Assembly (NCBI RefSeq): GCF_032191835.1
Contig: NC_083243.1
Coordinates: 190,960,001 to 191,024,000 of the forward strand
Origin: Heteronotia binoei
Taxonomy: Eukaryota
Direction of reading: 5' to 3'
Length of the DNA stretch: 64,000 nucleotides
The notes under the pieces are model-generated. The model made no database searches, was not told where the DNA came from, and saw nothing but the letters and a program-made list of their open reading frames with translations. A program made the position numbers and the translations under genes. Below, piece by piece: positions 48,905 through 61,661 of the stretch. Within the stretch, counting starts at the first letter, position 1. The number at the start of each line of letters is the position of its first letter.

Positions 48905-50719
48905 CAGACGTCAGTCTTCTCATAGCATATAATGGGCCCCCAAGTTGACCTCACCAAACTACAAACCGATAACAGGGTTCAATAGGTTAGAGCATGCCCT
49001 CTTCAGCAAGCCCAAAATCGCCATCCTCAGAGCTTCCTGGGCCAAAATATTAATATTTAAAGTTTTATAAAAATTCAAAATGGTGGCTGCAACTTTTTCA
49101 GGCCCCTACTCTATGATTTTTTAGGCTAGAGTAGGCCTGGAAGTCTAGCATGAGTCCCTCTTCTCCCAGTGCTGTTTCCTGACTCTCTGGAAATGAAGTC
49201 CTGTTCTCAATGGTTTCCACTCTCGCGATAGTACGAATGTCACTTCCTGTTTCGCTGTTGAAAGCCAAGGCTTTGTTATGACGGGGGATTTTTTTTGCAG
49301 AAGCCACAAAGGTAAACAAATCTTGTTTTTTTGAATTTTACACCGCCTATTAAAGTCCTAAAGCCATGATTTCACCCCCAGCCTCTGTAACACAGCTTTA
49401 CTTCTTTGCAAATAGTTCCAAATCTTTGTTTCTTTAATTTTAATTTTAGTCCTGGAATGAAAGATAAGAATTGTACCTTATCAAGTGTCTAAAACTTCCT
49501 TACACCGATCGTTCCAATCTTCAGTAGTCTATAATCCATAGAAAGTTGGGGTTGGGTGAACTTATGTCAACTTAATGAGTCCAGAAAGCCTTTGTAGATG
49601 TTGTTATGCGATTTTTCATGGGAGATTCTTCAAAGCCGAAAAGGAGCCCCAGTGGGACTCTTCGCCAGCCAAAGTTAAACTCCTCAAAATCTTGCAAGCA
49701 TGTCGGACTCTTCCTATAACTGGGAGGGTAGGCAGCAGGTGATAAAAACACCTTTTATGCCCAGAACAAAGGCAACGGTCCACTCCATGAAAGGGAGATG
49801 CATCAGCTCCCCATCTTTCCAGCCCCGGAAGTCCAGATCCCACAAGTTTTCATACAAGAGAATGGTAGAGCCACAGGGTTAGCCAAGTATTTTACCACCT
49901 TCTGTCTGACCTTACATTGCTATGAATAGAACAAAGCAGACACATAAATCCTGGAAAATGCAAGAAAGAAGACAAACTTGAAGCTAGTTGAAGATCATTC
50001 AAGGCATGTGGGAGGCTTGAACTGGGGTCTGCTAGGCTGCCATGCCACAAACAGAACCACCATTTAACAGCTCTAATTCAGCTAACAAGAAGAAATTCAG
50101 GTTTATTGTTTAGTGTCCTCAAGGACAGGCCCAATTTACCCAGCAGAATCCCTCTCCTCACTAGCTGTCACAAACAATAAAGGTTTCCAATGAGCAACTT
50201 GCTCAGAACACATCAGAAAACTCTTTTTCCATCATGTATTTAAAATGCATTCACTGCAATTATGAGGCTAGACATTTTCTTTTTAGTTTAAGTTATTGCT
50301 GTGCTCTAAGGCAGGAGAGTCCTCAAGCTCGCTGAATTAACGGGCACTTTTTGAATTCTGAGAAATGTAGCTAGCATCTCCAACATATAACTGCCACAAG
50401 GCAGGGTCAATCGCAAACTGGCTTCCACGTAGTGGCCAGTCACAAAATGATGGCTGTAGGGGCAGAGTCCAACACAAAATCGGGAGGGTCCACATCAAGA
50501 ATCTTGATTCCAAGCGTCAGAAGCAAAGGTAGAAGCTCCTGGGTTCTTCTGAAGACACTCTGGTACTGAGAAGTGGGGGAAGTTGGAGCAGCTCTTTCCT
50601 TTTTTGTTTCTAGTTTCCAGGGGAAGGGGTTGGTCTGAACCTTGAATAGCCTCAGGATGACATTGCCAAACTCAGGAACACGATAGCATGAGTGCAGCCA
50701 AGCTGAGGGTGCTTTGCTG

Positions 50720-51905
50720 TGACACTCATATTTGGGATAGATTCAGTACAGTTCTGATCACTGTACCTCAAAAAGGACATTATAGCATTTTCAAAAGTGC
50801 AGAAAAGGGCAACTAAAATGATGAAGGGGACAGAACATCTTCGCTATGAAGAAAGGTTAAAGAGGTTAGGGCTCTTTAGCTTGGAGAAACCAATGATCGA
50901 GGGGGGACATCATATAGGTTTACCAAATTATGCATGAAATAGAGAAGGCAGAGAAAAAAGTACTCCCCCGCCCTTTCTTAAGGTATAAGAACTTTTGGGC
51001 ACTCAATGAAATTAATGAGCACTAGGCTTAGAACAGATATAAGGAAATACTTCTTCACCCAAAGAGTAATTAACACATGGAGTTCACTGTTGCAGGAAGC
51101 AGTGGAGGCTACAAGCACAGACAGCTTCAAGAGGGGATTGGATAAACATATGGAGCAGAGATTCATCAGTGGCTATTGGCTACAATGTATAGATAGAATA
51201 TTATGTCTGAGTCAGTGTTACTCTGTATTCTTGGTGCTTGGGGGAGCGGCAACAGTGGAAGGACTTCTGGCCCCAGTGGTGGATCTCCTGGTGGTTCTAG
51301 GGTTGCCAAGTCCAATTCAAGAAATATCTGGGGACTTTGGGGGTGGAGCCAGGAGAATTTGGGGCTGGAGCCAGGAGACATTGGGGCAGAGCCAAAAGCA
51401 AGGGTGTGACAAGCATAATTGAACTTCAAGGGAGTTCTGGCCATCACATTTAAAGGGACTGCACATCTTTTTAAATGCCTTCCTTCCATAGGAAATAATG
51501 AAGGATAGGGGCACCTTCTTTGGGGGCTCATAGAATTGGACCCCCTGGTCCAATCATTTTGAAACTTGGGAGGTATTTTGGGGAGAGGCACTAGATGCTG
51601 TACTGAAAATTTGGTGCCTCTATCTCAAAAAACAGCCACCTCAGAGCCCCTGAACCCGCGGATCAATTCCCCATCATTTCCTATGGGAATCGTTCATGGA
51701 GGTGCATGATGGTTGTGGGGGCGGGGCTTCCCCCTCCGGCCAGCTGGCTGGGGGAGGGGGGAAGCCTGTAAAACCGGGGGATCCCCCTCTGGGACCTGGG
51801 GATTGGGAAGCCTAGATGGTACCTGGGTTTTGACTGTTATTTGACATACAACAGTGTTGGTCCATTGGCCTGATCCAACATGGCTTCTTTTTATGTTTTT
51901 TACTA
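50720..51905 (+). mobile_element. CR1-type LINE 3' fragment interrupted by a MITE
   Basis: KVQKRATKM...EERLKRLGLFSLEK, KYFFTQRVINTW; 3' tail ggcctgatccaacatggcttct. Confidence 0.8.
51298..51814. mobile_element. hAT-type MITE (sister of 1254-1783)
   Basis: TAGGGTTGCCAAG start; degenerate TSD ggtggttc/gatggtac. Confidence 0.82.
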
Positions 51906-54639
51906 CTCCGTCAGCTGCTAGGGAACTATGTACAGGTCCCTCCTCCTGTTCTATTCAAGACCCCCTATATCTTATCCCCAAGGCTCAAGCTCTAAATGGG
52001 CACCAAGAAACACATCAGTGTGCATCATGTTGGGTATAATTGCTTGAAAGAACCCAAAAGCTAGACCAATGAGCCTTAGGAATCATATTTCCAGATAGAT
52101 AACCACATGCATGAAAGAGAACCTCAGTGGCTCCAAACCTCCTCTGTCCCATCATTCCTACTATTCTGAAATTCCTCTAAACAATTCAGATCACGGTTGA
52201 CATGTAACTTGCTTGCTTGCTCTCAAAGGCCTGCCATAGATAAGATGGAGCAACTATTTTTTTCAGTTAAATAAGATGGAACCACTATTTTTCTCAGTTT
52301 TTGTACCCACAATCACTGACAAAGCTGAGTTAGCATATGCATGTTGATCCCCCAATTACTATAATATAAAGTGATGAGCTACATATGTAGAAAGGCCTTC
52401 TCAGGTAACCACAGGTCAGACTTTTATGTCACCTCACATTTCTTTGCATATGCTATCTTCCAACAAAGCGACTCATGAATTTAACTGGCGGACATCATGA
52501 AACATGTTCTCCAGTGGTATGTTCATTCATGTGTGGATCAGCCCTAAAACAGATTGGAACTTCTACCTCTTGTCTAGGCATGGTATGAAAAGGGAGCAGG
52601 AGAATCCCTGATGGGGGCACAATGGGGTAGGTAAAGGGTGTTAATTCCAAGTGGATTATTTAACTCATCTCAATAAAGAATTCTAGGATTGCTGTTGTAG
52701 TCTTTTGTGGTGGCTTTTCATTCAAAGGTGTCCAAAGTCAAGAAGTGGCAGGGATAGAGATCTTTTCCGCTTGGCCACAATAGGCAACAAATAAAAACTT
52801 CTGCAAATAAAGCCCTGGCAAATGAAGTGACCAAGAAACTCATTAGGATTCAGAGAGAGCTACAACTAGGAAACTAAAATCTTGCATGCAGTATTTCACA
52901 GCCACAAACATGTAGTTTTAAGCTTGTTCAGCTAGAAGTGGGAACTGAAACTCTTACACATGGTAACCCCATCCACAAAGGAAATCATGCTTTCCCCTTT
53001 CAGCAGATGTTCAGAACCTCAGACAAATATTAACGGAAACAATAGCATTCCAGCAATACATGGTAGAAATTACTAGGAACAGAAGCTAATGTACCCAGAT
53101 TATTATGCTGCATTCATCTTTTTCCATTGGTTTACAAAGCAGCCAGGCAACAAAGACATCTCCTACACATACGAGGATCTTTTTATCTTACCTCCCTCCA
53201 ATGAAAAAAAGATTAGAAGGCAATTTGCATGCCTCTGTTTCATGCTAGAGTCACACAATTTCTTGCTTTGATATTTCAGAGGGGACTGAATTACCAGTTC
53301 TGGGTGGGATTATCATTGACATACCAGGTTGAAAATTTTACTCTTGGCAAGAAACTTATTGATGGAGAAACAGGCATTATCATTGGCATAACAGATTGAA
53401 ATTTTTACTCTTGGGTCACAAGATGGAGAAACAGGTTTGTACAGTTGCTAAGAGTACTGTTTTTCATTCAAATTTAATTGATACATCATTCTTCCATCTG
53501 AACTTGGTGGACCCAGCCATTCTGATTCATGCTCTGTAACTTCTAGAACGGTTTACCGCATCATAACCATGAAAATAGTTCAGAAGCTTCAACTAGAGTA
53601 GACTGTGGCTCCCCATTTTCTTAATCAAGTCTTCCTCCTTTCCCCCTCGCACCTTGAGGGCACAGGAACAACTTTGGTCTTCTAGTAACACAAGGTCAAA
53701 AAAAGAGGTTGTCAAAAACTAGCAGGAAAAAGAGGACAGCCCTTCAGTCAGAGGACAGTGGCAGTTCCAAAAAGATATAGAGCTCCACCCAGTACCTGGC
53801 AATCAGATCGTTAATCAAAGCCTCTTTATCAGCACACTTATCCACACAAAAAAAATCCTTCTGTACTTAGCACTTTCCTTACATAGACAGAACTATTCAA
53901 TAACATTTCTTACTTAACGGTTCTCAGTTCAGAGAGGCTGATCATTTGGATGGTTGAATCTCCTACCTAAACCCCAGCTCAGAAAGGCAACCAAGACAGA
54001 CTCCAGACAAAGCCTCCTTCCCACCTGGATACCATCCTGTTTTCTTATTTAGAAATATTCCCAAGACTCTGGTCCACCATTGTCCTACCTTTTAGCCAAC
54101 ACAGTGAGCCTATTGCTCACTTTGCAAGACTGGAAAGGCACATCTACTATCTTAGTGAAAGGCGGTCACATGGATGTGCAACAACCAGGAAATCACGCTC
54201 TTAAGATACAGCAGAGTATGAAATGGTAATGCGAAGTGCCAAGGTGAACAAGCAATTACTGTACTCCAGCTATTAGCACTACAGAAATAATCCCTTAAAT
54301 TGAATGGCATCCTTCATAGTCAATACAACTACCCTAAGGCTGGGTTAATTGGTCACTTTTATGTACTGATGACATTGTACGGCAGATTTTGCCACATTAA
54401 ATTGGTTTTGCAAAGGCCTCAACCTATGTGCATATTACAACATCTAAATTCACTGGCTGAAATGAGCAAAACCAACAAAGTCATGATCTGTACTGAATAT
54501 ATGTTGAAGCACTCTCACAACAGCTGAAATGACCAACCAATGCGTCCTTCAACACATTAAAACAATGACAGGGCGTGGCATTACGGGCTTCGGTGATGGA
54601 CACCTAAATGCGAGGCTCCATCTCTAACTCCCCACCCGA

Positions 54640-55730
54640 CAGCTACAACATTGCTCAGCCTTACTATAATTGCCTTTCTGGCATGGGAAAGAACTCAGGA
54701 TATAGGGGGAAACCATCAGGCTCATCTACAAGCTTGATGAAAGCTTATTTTTTGAGGGACACCAGTCTAAAACCTTGGAGATTTCTTCCAACTCTACCGA
54801 CAAGATGGCATCTAGAAGCAGGAATCCAGTATTGGAGAACCTTGCTGCCTTCAGATTGGAGGTAATGGAGGCTTTTCTCATGCTTGAAGCCAATATGACT
54901 GATAAACTTTCCACTTTGCTTCAGTTTATATCTGCTCAAATGCCAGAATTAAAATCATCTTCAGATGGCCAAGATGACTGATTCTGCTTTTAACATGGCA
55001 ATCTCTTCCCAGGATGACGCACAGTATTTTTACCAGCATGACGAGTGGATTACCAAAAAATTATTACCTTGGAGAACCAACTAAAGGCTTCCAATGTGAA
55101 GTTGACTGTTTTTATCCTTTTTGTATATTTTAAATTTTTGCAAAGCTCCCCTTTTCAAATATTTTATTTTACTGTAACAACCATGCCTAAATGTTTGAGT
55201 ACTTTGTACATCGGATTTGGATGGACTGGCTTCTTAAATTGTTTTTATTAGTTATGTACCATAATAATAAAGAGGCTGAATTCTTTGGTAAAAGCCAAGT
55301 TCTTGTCTAAAGCTCGCACCTGTGGATCACGTTTGTTTCACAACCATAAGGTGCAAATCCTTCAGGATCTGTCATCTGAAACATTACGACACAAAACCAT
55401 GAAACCTTTCATCTCTGTTCTAATTGACGCACACATCAAATATTGTTGGTCTGCCTTCTACAAGTTGCAAGTTTCTTTCAATGATCAAACTTACCAAACA
55501 TGCAATTTCAACTCTGGGATTAAATTGCTTCAAGATTTAAAACTGCCCATACCAAGTGAACTTTTGGAAGAAGTTAATAACAGCAAGTCCTCACCTCCTG
55601 ACTCACAATGGCAGAGATTAGCAGCAAGACAATCCAGACTTCTTAATCCCCCTCCTGCTAAGTCGCCTGTCAGCATTTTGTGCAGAACTTCTTTTATGTT
55701 TATTACTGTGCCTTCTATCTACTCTCAGTA
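54640..55730 (+). mobile_element. old L1 ORF1 remnants
   Basis: ORFs 54775-54981 (coiled-coil-like) and 55285-55731 (VQILQDLS...IKYCW...LQVSF). Confidence 0.6.
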
Positions 55731-55780
55731 AGTATCCTGTGGTTTCCCTAGTGCTTTCTTTCTTTTTTCTTCCCTCTAGA

Positions 55781-56555
55781 TCAGGGGTGTTCAAGAGAGC
55801 CAGTTTGATGTAGTGGTTAAGTGTGCGGACTCTTATCTGGGAGAACTGGGTTTGATTCCCCACTCCTCCACTTGCACCTGCTAGCATGGCCTTGGGTCAG
55901 CCAGAGCTCTGGCAGAGGTTGTCCTTGAAAGGGCAGCTGCTGTGAGAGCCCTCTCCAGCCCCACCCACCTCACAGGGTGTCTGTTGTGGGGGAGGAAGGG
56001 AAAGGAGATTGTGAGCCGCTCTGAGACTCTTCGGGGTGGAGGGCAGGATATAAATCCAATATCTTCTTCTTCTTTGTTATGAGGGCCAGATCTGACATAA
56101 ATGAGACCTTGTTGGGCCAGAAAGCAGAGATACAAACTTTATAAAGGACACAGAGGTTCTATCTTTCTTTTTTTTTAAAGGTGCTTTCTTTGTGGGATCG
56201 AGGGAACTAGGCAAAGGAAGCTCTGGTTCTTTCCTTCCTTCCCCAGGGGACAAAGAAGTGCCTCAGCCAACAGAAGGAAGAGAGGCTTGGCTCAGAAGCT
56301 ATCCTGAACGATTGAGAGAGCCTGGCAAAGCAAGCTCTCCCTCCCCCCTTCCTCCCCAAGGGAGGACCCTCAGCCAATGGAAAAAATATAGGCTTTGTTC
56401 TATAGCTCCTGTGTGATTGAGCAAGCCTGGCAAAGTAAGATGTGATACAGAAGGAAGCAAGAGAGAGGGAGAAGGAAGCAGACTTGCTCAAAGGTCTGAT
56501 AGGAGCCCTCCGGGGGTCTGATCTGGCCCCCGGGCTGCATGTTTGATGATGTCAT
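55781..56555. mobile_element. hAT-type MITE interrupted by a Squam3-like SINE (55795-56072, +)
   Basis: caggggtgttcaa, then the SINE, then gttatgagggccag...; homologous to 20770-21240. Confidence 0.75.
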
Positions 56556-56619
56556 GCTCTAGATGTCATGAATTGTTCCGGTTTATGTATGTGTCTTTGA
56601 TCATATAAATATGTTAGTG

Positions 56620-56890
56620 TGCACATTTCTGTGTATAGGTGTACTTGATTAAGTGTATATGTCCATGTACATCCATACACATGCCTCTCTCTCTGTGAGT
56701 GAGTATACATGTGTGAATGCGTATATATGTTGGTGCATTTGTATATCCATGTCTGGTTCTGTACGTATGATTGTGTGTGTGCATAGATTATCCTTCATGC
56801 ATTTACGAATGTTCATTAGTAGATATGATTACATGCTTGTATGTATGTACAATATCAGTGTGAACATGTTTATGTCTGTATGTGTGGGTA

Positions 56891-56923
<33 letters not shown>

Positions 56924-57190
56924 GTGTGTGTGTGTCTCTATAAATGAGTGTATGTATGTTTGTGTGTGTGTGTATCTATATGTCTATATGTATATCATTA
57001 TGTGTATGCGTGTGTGTGTATGAATACATGGAAGGGTTTGAATGTGAAGGTGTGTGTTTATGAGGGTGAATGTACATGGGTGCGTATATCTGAATATGTG
57101 CATCTATTCACATATGCATAAATGAGAGTGTCTACATGCAAATGCGTGTATATGAGTTTGTGTATATCTAATAATTCAATGCAATTTGTT
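56620..57190. repeat. degenerate (TG/TA)n low-complexity tract
   Basis: Direct reading. Confidence 0.85.
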
Positions 57191-57619
57191 GTATTGCCAA
57201 GCTGAGCTTTTGAACCACGATATTTTATTATTCCTCCTTTTTTTGTGGCTAGGTGGGGTGGGGAGAGAACAGGGATTTTCAGTTTATATTTTGGCTTCCC
57301 CATTCCTGTTTTTCTAAGTGAAATCTCTTTTTCTGGGATTTCTACTTTCAGTCTTAATACTTTTCATCATTACTTGTACTATTCCCTTAACAGGGAAAAC
57401 AGAGCTCTAAAGTTAGCTCTGTGGTTTGTGTTCTGATATTCCCTTCTGACTTCAGAAATGTTATATTACACCGTTATACACTTTGTTCTGGTTTTTAGCA
57501 GTTATGCAATTTGGACACAACTGCTTGTGAGTTCACCTGTGTTTCTTACAATTTTTGCATTGCTAGAGGTAATTTACAGCTTTGTTGATCGTTATGCAAC
57601 TCTCTATTTTGTCACTTTT

Positions 57620-59710
57620 TAGCTTAAGAGCGGGAAAGCCCCTGGCATTGATTACATCCCTCCTGAGCTTCTGAAAAGTATTACTGATTGGTGGGCCCCA
57701 CCTCTGGCTGCATTATTTACTTATGTTGATGCCTCAGGGAGCATCCCAGATGAGTGGAGACAGGCGATAATTATTCCTTTCTTTAAAAAAGGGAAGAGGG
57801 ATGATCCATCCAATTACAGACCAATCAGCTTGCCCAGCATAATTGGAAAACTTTATGCAGCCTACTTTCTAGATAAATTTAAAATCTGGATCGACCAAGA
57901 AAACCTATTGGCTGAAGAACAGGCTGGATTTAGGGAGGGAAGATCTATTCTGGGGCATTGTCTAATTATGCAACATCTAGTTGAAAAATATGTTGCTAAC
58001 AAAGCAGTTTTTCTTCATTGACTTAAAGCCTGCGTTTGATTCTATATCAAGAGAAAAGCTTTGGGAGAAACTCGAGATTATGACCACAGACTTTTATATT
58101 TAATGTAAGTCTTATATTCTAACACATCTCTTAAAGTCAGATGCAACAGAATTGGACATCTCACTAACACCATATCGACATCAAAAGGAGTGAAACAAGG
58201 CTGTGTTTTGGCACCATTATTATTTATTTTCTATATTAGTGGTATGATTAGTAGCCTGAGTAACCCAGATTTTCATCCCCCTATTTTAGCTAATAGAAAG
58301 ATTCCTGCACTCCTATATGCTGATGACACGGTAATTCTTTCTTGATCTCCCATGGGTCTTAGAAGAGCCCTGCGGGTTTTTAGCCTTTTTTTGCAATGAA
58401 AACCAGTTGATAATGAATTACCAAAAAACATAAGTTATGTCTTCTGGGAAGAGACCTAAAGATAGGGCCTGATATAAATATTTGGGGGTGGTACTACAAT
58501 CATCAGGGGCAAGGAATGCACATCACGAGTACGTGTCTGAGATTGGCCAAAAGTCTGCCCAGGCTATTTTAAAATTCTTTCATTCAAAAGGTGGACAATA
58601 TGTACCCGCTGCCCTCAGATTATACCAAGCCAAAACTTTATCTCAGCTACTGTATGGGTCAATATTAGGACCATCTTCCCCTTTAGAAAGAGTCCAATCA
58701 AAGTTTATAAGGGCAGCTTTTCAACTGCCAAGTTGTGTCTCTAATGCAAGCTTGCGATTAGATTTTGGACTGATTAAAGTAGAGCAGGGGTGGCCAACAG
58801 TCACTCGCCAGATGTTTTTTTGCCTACAACTCCCATCAGCCCCAGCCATTGGCCATGCTGGCTGGGGCTGATGGGAGTTGTAGGCAAAAACATCTGGAGA
58901 GCTACCGTTGGCCACCCCTGAAGTAGAGTCCAGGGTAAGCCTTGCTTCTATCAATTGCTGGCTCAAATTAAACTATGTTCCTCAAGGACTAACACCTCTG
59001 ATCCTTAGGGACTGTTTTCGATCCTCATGGTTAACTGCGGTTAATTGCAAGTTGACATCCCTAGGCTTTTCTCCACAGACCCTTCTAGCCATAGGCTTGG
59101 ATCAGGCGATTGCAACTATTAAACAGAGGGTGCTGGACACTGAACATTGGTGTGACATCAATAAAGTGCCAAATTTTTGGGCACCAGATAATATCAGATA
59201 CATAGTAGCTCCAGCAGCCTATCTTATGTCCCCGGAGTCTCCTACCCATCAAAGAGCATTTTCTTTAGCTAGATGGCATGTACTCCCTTCGGCAGTGCTG
59301 GAGGGAAGGTACAGAAGGATCCCTCTGTCAGAAAGAGTCTGTCCTGTGGTGGTGCTGGCGTAGTAGAAACAACTGAGCACATTCTGTTCTCTTGTCAGTT
59401 TTACCAGGAAATACATGCTAAGTTCATTCTCCCTCTGGTCAGGAAGTTCCCAGACTGTTCCAACTCTGAGCTTTTAGGGAAGCTTCTTATGGGCAATAAC
59501 ATGCAGACTACAGCTTCCTGTGCAAGGTTTTTTGCTGCTGCCCGTAAAGCTCGTAAGGATATTTTATGTAATACTTTAGTTTCTTAATTGTCTATTTTAA
59601 TTTGTTTTTATGCCCAATTTAATTGATGGACCTTTTTTAAATCTCTGAGCAATATGCATAATGATCTGTGCTGGTCATAGACTGTATGAAATAAATTGAT
59701 TGATTGATTT
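57620..59710 (+). mobile_element. 5'-truncated, degraded non-LTR retrotransposon (RTE-X/Rex-like), RT to 3' end
   Basis: KAPGIDYIP, NYRPISL, EEQAGFREGRS, LLYADD, ETTEHILFSC; (ATTG)n tail; clade assignment tentative. Confidence 0.8.
58785..58920. mobile_element. 136-bp palindromic hAT MITE
   Basis: Exact 8-bp TSD aagtagag; the whole element is a near-perfect fold-back. Confidence 0.92.
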
Positions 59711-59759
59711 TTCATCGTGAGGTCTTGCAGCATAATCAAAATTGCAGCATAATCAAAAT

Positions 59760-60480
59760 AATGTGAATTTCCTATTAGGGTTGTTGGGGGCCCCGAGTCT
59801 GAATGCTTTGTAGAGTATTGTGGTATTGCCTGCCTCTAATGCTAGAGTTTGCTAACCATCCAGCAAAGAATTGCATTAGGTCACCCAACCCGTCCATGTC
59901 CTCAGCAAACCCACGTAGCTTCAGGTTGGATTGCTTTTGAGCAGCCTCTAATGAAATTACTTTTTCCTGCAAGTGTATGTTCTCATCTTGCAATATAAGC
60001 CCTAAGTTTAGGGCAATATCAGCAGTTTGAGCAGTCTGTGTTAAACTCTTCGTAATGTGTTGTAATTGCTCATTTAGAGGCTTTAAAAGGTCAGCAATTT
60101 GTGCAGTAAGCTTTTCTAGGAGAGATTTTTCCATACTCTGGATGGAAGATTGGACAGAATTATGAATAATAGTTTCCAAAGAGTTTGGAGCTTCAGTTTG
60201 GAGCTCACCCATTTCCTAGTCTATAGGCATCGCCATTTTGTTTGGGGAAAGCTGCGTTGCTTTGGGAGAGGGCCACTGTGTTTTCTCGCCTCCAGAAGCC
60301 CGGAAGAGTTTAAGCCAGGAGAGTTTAAGCCAGAAGAGTTTAAGCCAGGACATCGAGGAGATTGCTGGGAACAAGCTCTGTTGTGTTGTCCTGTCATCTG
60401 GACAGCGAATTGCCATTTTTCTTGCAGGTAAACAGCAGAAATGGGAAGGAGGGTTCAGGAGCAATTGTTCTATGTGACCG
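59760..60480 (-). mobile_element. L1 5' fragment (5'UTR and ORF1 N-half)
   Basis: ORF 59775-60212, coiled coil then SNLKLRGF; 15-bp tandem x3 at ~60305-60350. Confidence 0.65.
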
Positions 60481-60539
60481 CCATTTTCGCTGGTGTCGCC
60501 CTGCCCCCGTTACGCCACTTTCTGATGATTCTTGGCACC

Positions 60540-61240
60540 ATATCTGGTCCTCCCCCACTTATACTTCTAATTCTTTGAATATTCAAATGCAATGTCAAAA
60601 GTTTCTTTTAAGATGGTATATAATGCCCAAGAGACTGTCACATTTCTTGTTTGTTGGAAAAATTGTGGCAAGGAAGGTAGCTTCATTCATTGTTGGCGGC
60701 ATTGTATTGTTCTCAAAAAATTCTGGTCAAATGTAATCTCACACAACAAGTCCATGACTAGGTATGACATTCCTCTAAATCTGGAATTAATATTACTAGA
60801 TCTACGGGCAGAAGTGTTAATCCCCAAACTTAGTAGATCTTTGATTTCCATGTTACTTATTGCTGCAAAAATTGTAATAGCTAAACACAGGAAATCACAA
60901 GGTCCCCTTTCCTTAAAACTCTGGTATGGGAGGTTTCATGGATAAGATTGCGGATAACTTGAAATCCACACCTGGTTCAACAAGTAGTACATCTTTATAT
61001 AAGTGGTTACCCTTTCTTGAGTCAGCTTTCACACGGAAAGCCACAACTCAGTCTTTTATTCCTAGTCATTACAATATCATTAATCTAATGTAAGTGTGTG
61101 TTATATGTCTCTCTCTCTCTCTCTTGATTTTAATCCTTGCAATTGTTATATAATTACATTGCTGCTTGGTTGGTTGTTGGTGTTTCTTTGTATTTATATA
61201 TTTTTAAAAATCAAAGTTTTAAAAGTTAAAAAAAATGACA
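60540..61240 (+). mobile_element. L1 ORF2 C-terminus and 3'UTR
   Basis: CWKNCGKEGSFIHCWRHC...FWSNV; A-rich tail. Confidence 0.7.
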
Positions 61241-61448
61241 ACGGGCCTGAGATTACACTTTCTTCCTCTATATTATATAAATGGTGTTTCACCAGCTAAT
61301 TCCTAACACTATACAAGTGTTCTCTTGTATGACTAGCCCAACACAGGAACCAATAGAGATTTGTGTGGCATAAGAATACTGAAAAAAGATAATCAGATGG
61401 ATAGTTAGTAAGAAAATTCACTACAGTGACATCATAATATCAACCAAC

Positions 61449-61661
61449 CATATGAACATATGAAAGTGCCTTATACTGAATCAGACCCTCGATCCATCAA
61501 AGTCAGTATTGTCTTCTCAGACTGGCAGCGGCTCTCCAGGGTCTCAAGCTGAGGTTTTTCGCACCTATTTGCCTGGACCCTTTTTTGGAGATGCCGGGGA
61601 TTGAACCTGGGACCTTCTGCTTCCCAAGCAGATGCTCTACCACTGAGCCACCGTCCCTCCC
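61449..61661 (-). mobile_element. tRNA-derived SINE (Squam2-like)
   Basis: Reverse complement of 28167-28378. Confidence 0.88.

Larger units (their letters stand above)
40166..49833 (-). mobile_element. L1 LINE with both ends, RT domain deleted, interrupted by DIRS
   Basis: 17-bp TSD cagatcccacaagtttt at 40149-40165 and 49834-49850; 5' end GACTTCCGG; ORF1, endonuclease and C-terminal Cys region present; post-EN linker joins the C-terminus at ~41130. Confidence 0.9.

Noticed and set aside
53309-53436. Small local tandem duplications (also 13490-13540, 59727-59759)
   Set aside because: Ordinary short diverged duplications with no further structure
59760-61240. Twin-primed inverted L1
   Set aside because: The two pieces come from positions several kb apart in L1 and no shared TSD is visible; two separate fragments is the simpler reading
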